From: an uncultured Spirochaetales bacterium
Lineage (GTDB): Bacteria; Spirochaetota; Spirochaetia; SPDA01; CAZJBZ01
DNA: 64,000 nucleotides
Direction of reading: 5' to 3'
Assembly: GCA_964594055.1 (NCBI GenBank)
Contig: CAZQKT010000001.1
Coordinates: forward strand, 11,577-75,576
Numbering within the stretch: the first letter of the stretch is position 1; every line of letters starts with the position of its first letter. The position numbers were made by a program, and so were the translations under genes. Of this stretch, positions 9,789 to 19,258 are shown piece after piece. The notes under the pieces were generated by a model. That model worked only from the letters and a program-made list of their open reading frames with translations, was not told the DNA's origin and did no database searches.

Positions 9789-11221
9789 GATAGCAGCCGC
9801 GCGTAAATATCTCCTGAAGGGCCGTCCGCTTCCAAGGTTTTCAAGTGGTCAGAGAGTATTTCCTTGTTCACCCAGGTTTTCCAGTACAGTTCCATTGTTT
9901 CGACCATGGAGATATTAAACTCATACTTTCCGATTCGATCAAGTTCTTCCAGTGCTCTGAAGGCCACATCAATAGATGCGGGCAGAAATTCAAAAGAAAT
10001 GGCCTGTATTGTACAGGTAAGCCCTTGTAACACTTCTGCTTCAAACCCTTCTACATCGATTTTTATAAAAGTAGGAGTGCCGTACTGCTCGATAAGGCTG
10101 TCCAGCGTGGTCACAGGAACCGGTATCGATCGGGTCCAATCGATATGTTTAAAGGCCGGGGTCTTCTTTACCGTATCGATCCATGGTTTGGAGACAGTGG
10201 AAAGGGTTGGACTCGAATCACAGAGATACAGTTCGGTAGTCCCTTCGGTTTTACCTACTGCGGTATTGAGAACGTGAACTTCTTGTTTTTTTCCGTAAAA
10301 TCTCTGCAGAAGGTCATAACAGCGGGGAGAGGGCTCTGCCGCTACAACGGCAGCACCGAGGGAAAGCCACGGCCGTATTCTGTTTCCCAGATGCGAGCCG
10401 ATGTCGAAACAGAGACTGCCTGGTGATATAAACCGGCTGTAAAACTGTTTCATCTTCTTATAACGACCCGGTACTCCGTAGTAGATAAAAAAAGATTTTA
10501 AGAGGCCTGCTGTCCCCCTGCCTCGAATTGCTGTTTCCCATAAGAATGATCCCGTAAGGGCTGCAAGTGCAGTTCCTGCTGCTGCAGAGGCAAACCGGGT
10601 AACAGAGAACGGAGCAAAGAAAGCGATGAGCGAGCCTGCTGTAAAAACGCAGACCGTTTTCGCATAGATTGTAAAAGCTCTGCTGAAATGAAGCCGGGTA
10701 TCATCACTTTGAAATAGAGGAAGGAGAAACAGCAGGCCGAAAATGTATCGGATCAGACCTACAGCAAGTATCCATATTCCGGCATGGAGATACCTATTTA
10801 CTGTAAAAGCCAGCAAAAGAATAAAAAAAGCATCAGATTCGGCATCGAGAACTGAACCTCTATCCGTCGCACCCCGCCTGCGGGCGATCATACCGTCGAG
10901 GAGGTCGGTAAACTCCAGTGCGATAAGGCCGAAAAAGAGGAGATAACTCGAAGGAACGTAGCCAAGGAGTGATACTGCAAGAAGCACCGCGATTCCTCCG
11001 GCGGGCCTAAGCAGGGTTATCACGTCCGCTATTCTCGAAGGGGGCCCTAAAAACCAAAACAGGGATAAAAAACCGATACCGGAGATAGTGAGAAAAATAA
11101 TGGATGCATTAGGTGCAGCTTCAGGAGAAGCGAACAAAGAAACCCCGGCAGCTGCACAGGTAAGAGGGGCGTGCAGGAGGAGCCGGAGTGTCTGTTGCTT
11201 TTGCATCGAAACGGCGTTCAT
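9785..11221 (-). CDS. Fusion protein: N-terminal CDP-alcohol phosphatidyltransferase domain + C-terminal FkbM-family methyltransferase domain
   Basis: 478 aa. N-terminal multi-TM region with the CDP-OH phosphotransferase signature DLLDGMIARRRGATDRGSVLDAESDAF (D-x2-D-G-x2-A-R...G-x3-D-x3-D). C-terminal soluble domain with FkbM-type MTase motifs (CFDIGSHLGN...VVAAEPSP...FEFLPASID). Confidence 0.55.
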   Translation of the reverse strand: MNAVSMQKQQTLRLLLHAPLTCAAAGVSLFASPEAAPNASIIFLTISGIGFLSLFWFLGPPSRIADVITLLRPAGGIAVLLAVSLLGYVPSSYLLFFGLIALEFTDLLDGMIARRRGATDRGSVLDAESDAFFILLLAFTVNRYLHAGIWILAVGLIRYIFGLLFLLPLFQSDDTRLHFSRAFTIYAKTVCVFTAGSLIAFFAPFSVTRFASAAAGTALAALTGSFLWETAIRGRGTAGLLKSFFIYYGVPGRYKKMKQFYSRFISPGSLCFDIGSHLGNRIRPWLSLGAAVVAAEPSPRCYDLLQRFYGKKQEVHVLNTAVGKTEGTTELYLCDSSPTLSTVSKPWIDTVKKTPAFKHIDWTRSIPVPVTTLDSLIEQYGTPTFIKIDVEGFEAEVLQGLTCTIQAISFEFLPASIDVAFRALEELDRIGKYEFNISMVETMELYWKTWVNKEILSDHLKTLEADGPSGDIYARLLS

Positions 11222-11258
11222 TAGTATTCCCCTCTTACCGATTCCTCTTTTACCGCAG

Positions 11259-12314
11259 CTAGCCGACGAGGTACTTTTTCAAACGAGCTGCAGCTTCGTC
11301 CCACGTAGGAAACTTGCTTTCAGAAACAGCAGCTTTAGCGGCTCCTTCGGTGTGGATATCTCCTCGAAGAAGCTTTGCCACAGTCTGCCTCCATCCTTGC
11401 CGGTCAAATGGAGAAAAAAGGTGCCCGTTTTCCCCGTCCCGGATAAACTCTTCGATCGCACCGACCGTGTTAGCGACGACCGGGACCCCTGCAGCTGCCG
11501 CTTCGAGAGGCGCCATCCCGTAGCTTTCTGCAGCGGAAGGGAAAAGGAATAAATCTGCTTCAGCGAGCTGTTCTAAAATCATGCTTCTATCTACCAAATC
11601 TAAAAGGGATATTCTGTCTCTCACCGGACTGGTCCTTACTGCCTGGAGAAATTGGGAGGCGTAACGTGAATCCTCCCGGCATCCGCCTGCTATTCTCCAT
11701 TCCCACGGGGCCCCGCTCACTGAGGGTCCGCCGGCCGGCGTATCGGAAAGGGATTCCAAGATGCGAAGCAACCAGAGGAGGTTTTTACTCCTGGTAACCG
11801 AAGAGACGGTCAGCAAGATTCGGGAGTGGTCGGGTTTTGCATACCTTTTTTTTCTCAACTCGGTAAACCGCGGGGCTACTCCGGGAGGGCATACGTTTAT
11901 CTTGACCTCCGGTATCCCGAGCCCGGACAATACCTGTTTCATAGAGTTACTGGTGGTAATGTATGCATCCATTCCGGCAAGAAATCGAAGCTCACGATAC
12001 TGCATGGATTTTTTCACTCCTGCGGTGAGAAAGGGATCGAGACTGGGGAGATAATGGATAAGGCCGAGAAACCGTACTCCGGATGTTTTATTGATTACCG
12101 GGAACAAAAGTTCAGGATGCTGAATAAAAAGAGAATCAAGAACAACCAAACGGGCTTGGTGTAAAAAAGAGAGATCACTCTGTGCATCAATTGTGTAATA
12201 CCTGAGAGTACCGTCCGCAGAAAGCCGCTCGGTCATCTCTTTGTTATAAATATAGCCGCCGGTGAGAAAGTTTTCAGATGCTGGAGCTACTAGTGTAATC
12301 AATGTGATCACCAT
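11259..12314 (-). CDS. Glycosyltransferase family 1 (GT4-type)
   Basis: 351 aa. C-terminal GT1 motif ESYGMAPLEAAAAGVPVVANTVGAIEEFIRDGENGHLF (E-x7-E). Confidence 0.75.
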   Translation of the reverse strand: MVITLITLVAPASENFLTGGYIYNKEMTERLSADGTLRYYTIDAQSDLSFLHQARLVVLDSLFIQHPELLFPVINKTSGVRFLGLIHYLPSLDPFLTAGVKKSMQYRELRFLAGMDAYITTSNSMKQVLSGLGIPEVKINVCPPGVAPRFTELRKKRYAKPDHSRILLTVSSVTRSKNLLWLLRILESLSDTPAGGPSVSGAPWEWRIAGGCREDSRYASQFLQAVRTSPVRDRISLLDLVDRSMILEQLAEADLFLFPSAAESYGMAPLEAAAAGVPVVANTVGAIEEFIRDGENGHLFSPFDRQGWRQTVAKLLRGDIHTEGAAKAAVSESKFPTWDEAAARLKKYLVG

Positions 12315-12390
12315 TATATATAATAATAACTATATGATGCAATATTATTTGTCATCTTCTGTACTTTTCACTATACTAAAATGATTGATT

Positions 12391-13107
12391 ATGGGACCCG
12401 GGCCGTATGTAACAGTCAGCTATGCTCAAAGTATTGACGGAAGAATAGCGACAAAGACGGGCGATTCACAATACATTTCCGGAAAGAGAACACTTCGGTT
12501 GGCCCACAAGCTTCGAAAAATAAATGATGCAATACTGGTCGGTATCGAAACGGTATTAACCGACGATCCGCTCCTTACTTGCAGGGTCGGCGGCCGGGAG
12601 AAAAAGAAGAGAAATCCGGTCCGGGTCATCCTCGATTCAAACCTTCGAATCCCCCTCGGTTCCCGTATCGTTGAAACAGCTGCAGCGGTTCCCACGATTG
12701 TCTTTACCTGTGAACACATATCAGAGAAAAAAAGAACAGCGCTGCAAACACACGGGATTCAGATCGAAACGGGAGCGTGGAATGCTCAATCGGAGAGGAT
12801 CGATCTTGCCCGCTGCCTCCGGCGCCTCGACGAATTACAAATTAAAACGCTGTTTGTAGAGGGGGGCGGGAGAGTCATAACTGCTTTTGTAAAAGAGAAC
12901 TTAGTCGATAAAATGATCGTCATTACCGCGCCCTTTTTGCTAGGTGCGGGTATTCCCTCGATTGGGGATTTAGAAATAACTGTTCTCGGAGAGGCGATTA
13001 GGCCCTATAAAACACGGTTTCGCCGGTACGGTCACGATTCCGCCTGGGAATTGTACTTTGGAGGCGGAAATGTACGTGGAAGAGACGGGAGGGCAAATGG
13101 AAGCTGA
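12391..13107 (+). CDS. RibD C-terminal-domain (DHFR-like) reductase
   Basis: ~238 aa. VSYAQSIDGRIATKTGDSQYISGKRTLRLAHKLRKINDAILVGIETVLTDDPLLTCR matches the RibD/RibG reductase domain. An ATG at 12391 follows a possible TTG at 12385. Confidence 0.6.
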   Translation: MGPGPYVTVSYAQSIDGRIATKTGDSQYISGKRTLRLAHKLRKINDAILVGIETVLTDDPLLTCRVGGREKKKRNPVRVILDSNLRIPLGSRIVETAAAVPTIVFTCEHISEKKRTALQTHGIQIETGAWNAQSERIDLARCLRRLDELQIKTLFVEGGGRVITAFVKENLVDKMIVITAPFLLGAGIPSIGDLEITVLGEAIRPYKTRFRRYGHDSAWELYFGGGNVRGRDGRANGS

Positions 13108-14095
13108 GAAAGCGCAAGCTGTCTATTTTACCGCCCCTGGAAAAGTAGAAACGAGGAGCGAGAAGATTTCTCCTGACTCGGAGGAGAAAGGCTTTCAGGA
13201 ACTCATCCGATCCGAGGTGATGGGGATAAGCCATGGTACCGAGCTCCTGTTCTATCGGGGGGAAATCGAAGAGGGAAGTCTCCTCGATGAAAATTTGCCC
13301 GCACTCATCGGTTCCTTTCATTACCCGTTAAAATACGGCTATATCAATGTCGGTATAACCGAGAGCGGGAAACGGGTGTTCTGTTTTTATCCCCACCAAA
13401 CCGCCTTTTATCTTTCTAAGAATAACTATATCGAAATCCCAAAAGAAATAGAAAGCAGGGACGCACTGTTTTGTGCAAGCATGGAGACGGCGGCAGGGAT
13501 CGTGCAGGATTGTGCCCCGGTATTAGGAGAAAATATACTGGTTGTCGGTCAGGGCTTAATCGGGCTGCTCGTCACATCGATACTGACCCGGTCTCATTAT
13601 GGGCAGGTTATTACTGTCGAATCGTATAAAAAAAGGCGGGAAGCTTCCCGGCGGTTAGGGGCAACCGTGATCGACCCTGGTGCAGGTGATGTGCGCGAAG
13701 CGGTTTTCTCCGCTACATCCGGGAGAGGGGCTGATAAGGCGATCAATGTCACCGGGACCACCTCCGGTTTCCAAACGGGGATACATGCCCTTGTACGAGA
13801 AGGGACCTTAATTGAAGCTTCTTGGTACGGCACAAAAACCGTCGAAGCTCAATTAGGGGGGGCTTTTCACCGGAGAAGGCTGCGGGTCATAAGCAGTCAG
13901 GTTTCCACGATCTCACCCTTGCTTTTTCCGCGGTGGGACAAAACGAGGAGGATGGAACTCGTCTGGGATTTGATACGGAACATAAAACCGTCACTACTTA
14001 TAACGCATACGTACCCGATTGATGAGGCGGGAAAGGCCTTCGAGTTGATCGACAAGAGACCGGAAGAGACGATTCAGGTGGTACTCACACCGTAA
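13097..14095 (+). CDS. Medium-chain dehydrogenase/reductase (zinc-type alcohol dehydrogenase family)
   Basis: GroES-like plus Rossmann (VVGQGLIGLLVTSIL) architecture. The ORF is open from 13058; I chose the Met at 13097 (MEAEKAQAVYFTAPGKVE), preceded by a GGGAGGG SD. The start is uncertain. Confidence 0.6.
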   Translation: MEAEKAQAVYFTAPGKVETRSEKISPDSEEKGFQELIRSEVMGISHGTELLFYRGEIEEGSLLDENLPALIGSFHYPLKYGYINVGITESGKRVFCFYPHQTAFYLSKNNYIEIPKEIESRDALFCASMETAAGIVQDCAPVLGENILVVGQGLIGLLVTSILTRSHYGQVITVESYKKRREASRRLGATVIDPGAGDVREAVFSATSGRGADKAINVTGTTSGFQTGIHALVREGTLIEASWYGTKTVEAQLGGAFHRRRLRVISSQVSTISPLLFPRWDKTRRMELVWDLIRNIKPSLLITHTYPIDEAGKAFELIDKRPEETIQVVLTP

Positions 14096-14111
14096 AAAAG
14101 CTTGCTGTCTA

Positions 14112-14519
14112 ATGCAATACGAGGGGGTATACAGGATGTTTCAGGCAGGAGTAAAAAAGAAGTTTCTAGCACGTCATTTTCTGCGGGGCGATTTTGACGA
14201 AGAGACCGTCGCCCACAGTCACGACTACCTCGTCTACTGGCGTGTGGCAACTGAGGACCTCGATGAGAATGGGTTCTCCGTAGATATAGCGCTCATGGAA
14301 GAGCTTCTCGAGGGCTTTCTCGCGGAGCATAAGGAGAAGCTCCTAAACGATTTACCGTTTTTTCACAACCGCCAAGCGTCGGTTGAGAATACCGCCCTCT
14401 ATCTGCACCGAAAACTCTCTGAGGGGCTGGAACAGCACGGAGTCGACCCCAAACCGTTTATCGAAATGGAGGTGACTATTTGGGAGTCGGAAGAAGCGTG
14501 GGCTTCGTATACAGAGTAA
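14112..14519 (+). CDS. 6-pyruvoyl-tetrahydropterin synthase / QueD-like family protein
   Basis: ~127-135 aa. The pattern KKFLARHFLRGDFDEETVAHSHDYLV resembles the PTPS fold (F-x-AAH...H-G-H-x-Y). The true start is possibly the Met at 14136. Confidence 0.4.
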   Translation: MQYEGVYRMFQAGVKKKFLARHFLRGDFDEETVAHSHDYLVYWRVATEDLDENGFSVDIALMEELLEGFLAEHKEKLLNDLPFFHNRQASVENTALYLHRKLSEGLEQHGVDPKPFIEMEVTIWESEEAWASYTE

Positions 14520-14539
14520 CAGGCCGATTAACGGATAGA

Positions 14540-14968
14540 TCAGCGGCCCACTGTAAAATCATCGCCCGATTGTTGGGTCAAATCCACCACGACTTGTTTC
14601 CCTTCGAAACCGTGTTTATTGCAGCGTGCCCGCACCGTTACCTGTTCGACTCCTTCGGGGATAGAGACGCCCCCTACACTTCGAATAAAGGGCTGTTCGT
14701 TTACATGGGGATGAAGCAGCTCACGCGAGCCTAACACCTCGCCGTTTTCGGTATCGACTACTTCCCACAGATTGGCGTAATGGTCCCATCCGGTGTCCGC
14801 ATGGCGCACCTTTACAGTGAATGACCAGTTGCCGCTGCTTTCTTTTTCCGCAGCAACATGGAGCACCTGGGCATAGTCGAGGTCGCTGTTATAGTGAGCG
14901 CTCTCTTCTGCAAACATGAATCCTCCGGTAACGAGAAATAATGGTAAAAGCAAAAAAATATACCGCAT
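14540..14968 (-). CDS. Hypothetical secreted protein
   Basis: 142 aa with an N-terminal signal peptide (MRYIFLLLPLFLVTGGFMFA). No known motif. Confidence 0.4.
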   Translation of the reverse strand: MRYIFLLLPLFLVTGGFMFAEESAHYNSDLDYAQVLHVAAEKESSGNWSFTVKVRHADTGWDHYANLWEVVDTENGEVLGSRELLHPHVNEQPFIRSVGGVSIPEGVEQVTVRARCNKHGFEGKQVVVDLTQQSGDDFTVGR

Positions 14969-15068
14969 AGTATTAATAAATATACGGCCATGTGGGTTTT
15001 TTGCAAAATAAATAAATTTTTGTTACTCTGAAAAGTATGATACCATCGTTTTATCGAGGAGGAAAAAC

Positions 15069-16007
15069 ATGCACGAAAGAAGATTAGGAAAGCAGGGCCC
15101 GGAGGTTCCGGTGATCGGATTCGGAGGATGGCCGATCGGCGGCGGGATGGGTGCTGTAGACGAGGATACTGCGGTCCGTACCGTGCGGGAGGCAATTGAA
15201 CAGGGTATTACACTTATCGACACGGCGGAGGCGTACCGTTCGAGTGAGCAGAGAATCGGAAAGGCCCTGAAAGGCATTGACCGGGAACGGTATTTTTTAG
15301 CTACTAAGGTAAGTTTCGATATGAGTGCCAAAGGGGTGGAAAAAGCACTCGAGAAGAGCCTCCGTGCTTTAGGTGTCGAGTATATCGATCTCTACCAGAT
15401 CCATTTTTGGGACGATACTGTTCCGGTAGAAGAGACGTTGGAAGCGATATACAAGTTCCGGGAAGCAGGAAAACTAAAACATATCGGAGTTTCCAATTTC
15501 AAGGTGGAACATATGAAGCGTGCCCTCGAGGCGGCACCGGTAGTTTCGAATCAAATCAATTACAATATGTTTCTTCGATCTGCTGAAAAAGCGCTTGTCC
15601 CGTTCTGCAGCAAACACGGAGTGGGGATTATGGTGCACAGTACTCTTGCCAAAGGCTTTTTGGCAGGCAAGTATAACAGAAGCCACCGTTTTGCCTCTGA
15701 TGATGAGCGTTCGGAGTTTGCCCAGTATAAAGGAGAAACGTTTAATCGATATCTCGATGCTGTTGATGAGTTGAAAGCAGTTGCTGTTGATAATGGATGG
15801 ACCCTCATCGAGCTTGCGATCGCGTGGGTGCTGAGAAACAGAGAAGTGACTACCGCATTGATAGGAATAAAAAACCCCGAGCAAATCGAGGCACCTCGAA
15901 AAGCCGGTGACCGCGCCCTTACTGCCGAGGACCTTGCCAGGATCGAAGACATACTCACCCGGCATAATCTTGAGAAACTGGCCCCGTTCGAAGCCCAAAT
16001 CGTGTAA
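15069..16007 (+). CDS. Aldo/keto reductase
   Basis: 312 aa. MHERRLGKQGPEVPVIGFGGWPIGG...GITLIDTAEAYRSSEQRIGKAL, with AKR C-terminal motifs. RBS ggagga precedes the start. Confidence 0.8.
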   Translation: MHERRLGKQGPEVPVIGFGGWPIGGGMGAVDEDTAVRTVREAIEQGITLIDTAEAYRSSEQRIGKALKGIDRERYFLATKVSFDMSAKGVEKALEKSLRALGVEYIDLYQIHFWDDTVPVEETLEAIYKFREAGKLKHIGVSNFKVEHMKRALEAAPVVSNQINYNMFLRSAEKALVPFCSKHGVGIMVHSTLAKGFLAGKYNRSHRFASDDERSEFAQYKGETFNRYLDAVDELKAVAVDNGWTLIELAIAWVLRNREVTTALIGIKNPEQIEAPRKAGDRALTAEDLARIEDILTRHNLEKLAPFEAQIV

Positions 16008-16247
16008 CCGGTGCTGCAAAGCGCACCGTCATCCCCTATCTCTGTTCGTCAAGAAGCCGTTTCCCGACCTCTCCTCCGGGATGGATTACTGCAAATTGTT
16101 CACGGGTAAACCCTGTCTCCTGCATGAGAGCTATACAGAGAGCATCGAAGACGGCGAGTACGGTCATGGTACTTGTGGTCGCAAGCATATTGAACCGGTC
16201 TGCTTCTTTTTCGATAGTTATAGTGAGAATGATGTCGAACCTTCATA

Positions 16248-17879
16248 CTAAACCTCTCCGTTCTGAAGTGAGCGCATATGGAGAGTAAGTTCTCGGAAGT
16301 TTTCGATGTTTTCAGCTCCGATACTGCTCAGTTTACTTGCTTCGTTTACAACTTTTTCCGCCAGTTCGGTTAACGTTGTAATCTGTTCCTGCACAGTCTC
16401 CACGGTTGCCCCGATGTAGGTCATACTCATAGATCCTGTCTTAATATCCTCTTCCATGCCGGACAGGGAGCCGGTTACCTCTCTGTTGACATCGGTAATC
16501 TGGCCGACTGCTTCTTCGATCTGGGCCTGCCCTTCCTTCAGTTCCTGCATGCCGCTTACGATCTCTAAGAGGGCATTCCGGACATCGGTAATCTTCATAA
16601 TGATATTTCCGTATACCGACCCCATTTTCTCACTGGATTGTACCGACCGGTTTATCAGTGTGCTGCTTTCTTCGAGTGTCGAACGGATCATTTGGGAGTT
16701 GTCGTTATTCTCTTCCGCGAGTTTACGGATTTCTTCCGCTACAACCGCAAAACCATGACCATATTCTCCGGCGTGAGCGGCCTCGATGGCCGCATTCATG
16801 GCGAGCATATTTGTCCTGTCCGCGATCTGTTCGATTACAGTTATAATTTCGATGATATTTTCGGAAGATTTGGACACCGAGCGCAGAGAGGTGACCATTT
16901 CATGAAGGGTGTCAGTTCCCCTCTCAGAGACTTCGACCAGCTCGTCGATAACCGACTGTTTTTGCTCCGCAGAATTTGTAATCGAAGCCACCTGAGCTGT
17001 AATTTCCTCGGCAGCAGCAGAGGAACTGCTGATCACTTCGGTCTGCTTTTCGGTGACGGCTTTCATCGACTCTTTGGAATTACCGATTTTCTCCTGTGCC
17101 GAGGCAGCGTTATCAACGCTTTTGAGAAGGTCGGAAATACTCGTAGACATCGAGGTGAGATGTTCGGAAATATCAGCCGCAATTGATTCATTATTTTTTG
17201 CCTGCTCCTGCAGTTTTTCTCCCATATTAAATGCCTCACCCATCGACTCAATCAACTCTTTTAACGTGCTGTACTGTTCGTTTGCTTTCTGCGCCTGCCG
17301 GTTTATGGAAGCAAGACTTTGCATCTGCATTCTGAAAATTTGGAAAATAAAAACACCGGCAAAAATCATAAGAAGCAGAGAAACGAGAAACTCCGTAAGG
17401 GCCTCTCCGGTATACTGTATCTGTTCAAGGGCCGGCCGTATTCGCAGAAAAAACTGGGCCGAGTGGACTGCAACTCCAAATCCGACAACACCAATAACCT
17501 GCCACCGGGCGTAGGCTAGAAGCGGTGCTGTGACGAAAACAGGAATCATGTAGGTGGCTTGGATATAGACATCGTGCGGACTGGTTATGTCACGGACAAA
17601 GAAAAGACCGGCCCCGGCAAGACAAAAAAGGAGAATGGTCCCTGAGCTTACAATCCGAAATGCCTTTCTTAGAATGCCGAAGATAAAGAGAACGAGAATA
17701 AGGGTCACACAGATCTCGAGTACACCCATAAGAATAGAGCCGGTGGCAAGCCGTATGCCGCCGAGGGCCAGAAAGCCGATGCCGAGGATGATCGCCAAAA
17801 TAAAAAGGGAGAGAGCTTTTTCCCGGATAGTCACATTTTCGTCTGAGTAGAGTGAGCGAATATAGTCTGTCGTTTTCAT
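16248..17879 (-). CDS. Methyl-accepting chemotaxis protein with polytopic membrane N-terminus
   Basis: 543 aa. About 6 TM helices, then the MCP signalling-domain core ([34 protein letters not shown]). Confidence 0.8.
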   Translation of the reverse strand: MKTTDYIRSLYSDENVTIREKALSLFILAIILGIGFLALGGIRLATGSILMGVLEICVTLILVLFIFGILRKAFRIVSSGTILLFCLAGAGLFFVRDITSPHDVYIQATYMIPVFVTAPLLAYARWQVIGVVGFGVAVHSAQFFLRIRPALEQIQYTGEALTEFLVSLLLMIFAGVFIFQIFRMQMQSLASINRQAQKANEQYSTLKELIESMGEAFNMGEKLQEQAKNNESIAADISEHLTSMSTSISDLLKSVDNAASAQEKIGNSKESMKAVTEKQTEVISSSSAAAEEITAQVASITNSAEQKQSVIDELVEVSERGTDTLHEMVTSLRSVSKSSENIIEIITVIEQIADRTNMLAMNAAIEAAHAGEYGHGFAVVAEEIRKLAEENNDNSQMIRSTLEESSTLINRSVQSSEKMGSVYGNIIMKITDVRNALLEIVSGMQELKEGQAQIEEAVGQITDVNREVTGSLSGMEEDIKTGSMSMTYIGATVETVQEQITTLTELAEKVVNEASKLSSIGAENIENFRELTLHMRSLQNGEV

Positions 17880-17880
17880 A

Positions 17881-18171
17881 TTATTTATTTTTGTTCCAAT
17901 AATTATAGTTATAATTTTTTTGAAGGTGTTTGCATAGACCGAGGATAATTGAGTTAACCGGACTTTTTCCGTCGAGTACGATCCATTTTCTCTTTTGCCT
18001 ATCCACTCCTGCAGAAATGCCGAAATTCTTGAGTTTTCTTACTGCTTCTATTTCGGAAATTTGCAGTTCTCCCTTTGCATCATGTTCTTCGAAGAATTTG
18101 TTATATGCATTTTTCTTAGCCTCAGCTCTCGTCATAGCCCGTCTCTTGTCCTCCGATAGTTGGATACTCAT
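17881..18171 (-). CDS. Small hypothetical basic protein immediately upstream of the MCP
   Basis: 96 aa, lysine-rich with an NYNYNYW C-terminus and a very AT-rich 3' end. Its stop lies 1 nt from the MCP start. No homolog was recognised. Confidence 0.3.
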   Translation of the reverse strand: MSIQLSEDKRRAMTRAEAKKNAYNKFFEEHDAKGELQISEIEAVRKLKNFGISAGVDRQKRKWIVLDGKSPVNSIILGLCKHLQKNYNYNYWNKNK

Positions 18172-18208
18172 ACCCTATCCCGCATGAGAAAAAAAATCAA
18201 GAAAATGG

Positions 18209-18230
18209 CAATCTAAGAGCAATCTAAGAG
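18209..18230. repeat. Perfect tandem duplication of 11-mer CAATCTAAGAG in the promoter region of the ABC transporter operon
   Basis: caatctaagag-caatctaagag read directly, ~65 nt upstream of the 18296 start. Confidence 0.6.
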
Positions 18231-18295
18231 TATTAGCTTGCTCCGGGACCCAAGGTGTGCTACTCTTTTTTTATTATCTCGAGTAAGGTCAACTG

Positions 18296-19255
18296 ATGAT
18301 TACGAATTCAAAACAAGCTGCTAAAAGCATGGTAGCAGTTGCAAATCTCCGGAAATATTACGGAAAAAAACAGGCCCTGCAAGGTGTGAGCTTCGAGGTT
18401 TACCCGGGAGAAGTGTTTACGATTGTCGGACCGAACGGCTCGGGAAAGACGACGATTATGGAAATTATGGAAGGTATACGGAAATATTCAAGCGGCCGGT
18501 TTTCAATTCTGGGAGGGAATCCCGGAGAACAGGCGATAAAAGAGAAAATAGGCGTGCAGCTTCAGGATTCCCAGCCAATGAATAATCTCTCCTGCAGAGA
18601 AGCAGTACAGCTGTTTCGTTCTTTCTATAAAAAGGGGGCTGTTCCGGACAAAGTGCTCGGTTTGGTCGGTCTCGCGGAGAAACAAGATTCTCTTGTGAGA
18701 AAGCTCTCCGGGGGGCAAAAAAAGCGGTTGGAAATTGCTCTTGCCATCATCAATGATCCGGAAGTCGTTTTTTTGGATGAACCGACAACAGGACTGGATC
18801 CAAACGCCCGCAGACAGATCTGGAAAATAATCAAAAACCTACGGGAGATGGGTAAATCAGTTCTCTTTACCACCCACTATATGGATGAAGCCGAGACCCT
18901 TTCAGACCGTGTTGCAATTTTATATGAAGGCAGGATCGTAGCACTCGATTCCCCGAAACGGCTTATCTTTGATTCCGGACTGAAGAAACGTGTTGTTTTT
19001 TCATGCAGCAGCTGTGCTAACGGATTGTTGACCGAACTCGAGGAGGCTTTTCCATATATCCGGAATCAACTCGGCACTATTTCGATCCCGAGTTTCCATG
19101 TAAAACAGGACTTAAGCACAATTTTCTCTATTGCTGAAGCCCACACCATAGAGGTCGAAGAGTTGTCGGTTGAACTGCCGACATTAGAAGATGTATTCCT
19201 TCAAAAAACAGGATCATACTATCCGGATTACCCGAAGGAAGGGATAACGGTGTAG
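18296..19255 (+). CDS. ABC transporter ATP-binding protein
   Basis: 319 aa. Walker A (GPNGSGKTT), ABC signature (LSGGQKKRLEIA) and Walker B (VVFLDEPTTGLD). Confidence 0.85.
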   Translation: MITNSKQAAKSMVAVANLRKYYGKKQALQGVSFEVYPGEVFTIVGPNGSGKTTIMEIMEGIRKYSSGRFSILGGNPGEQAIKEKIGVQLQDSQPMNNLSCREAVQLFRSFYKKGAVPDKVLGLVGLAEKQDSLVRKLSGGQKKRLEIALAIINDPEVVFLDEPTTGLDPNARRQIWKIIKNLREMGKSVLFTTHYMDEAETLSDRVAILYEGRIVALDSPKRLIFDSGLKKRVVFSCSSCANGLLTELEEAFPYIRNQLGTISIPSFHVKQDLSTIFSIAEAHTIEVEELSVELPTLEDVFLQKTGSYYPDYPKEGITV

Positions 19256-19258
19256 GCC

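Noticed and set aside
6495-14519. Calling ribA + RibD-C reductase as a riboflavin operon
   Set aside because: ribB, ribH and ribE are absent and the genes are separated by an unrelated envelope operon. The reductase lacks the deaminase domain. This was kept only as a low-interest note.
15907-16251. 114-aa plus-strand ORF spanning the AKR 3' end and the AKR/MCP convergent spacer
   Set aside because: It overlaps the well-supported AKR gene in another frame. The non-overlapping tail (Cys-containing 56 aa) has no RBS and no recognisable motif. The region more likely holds terminators for the two convergent genes.
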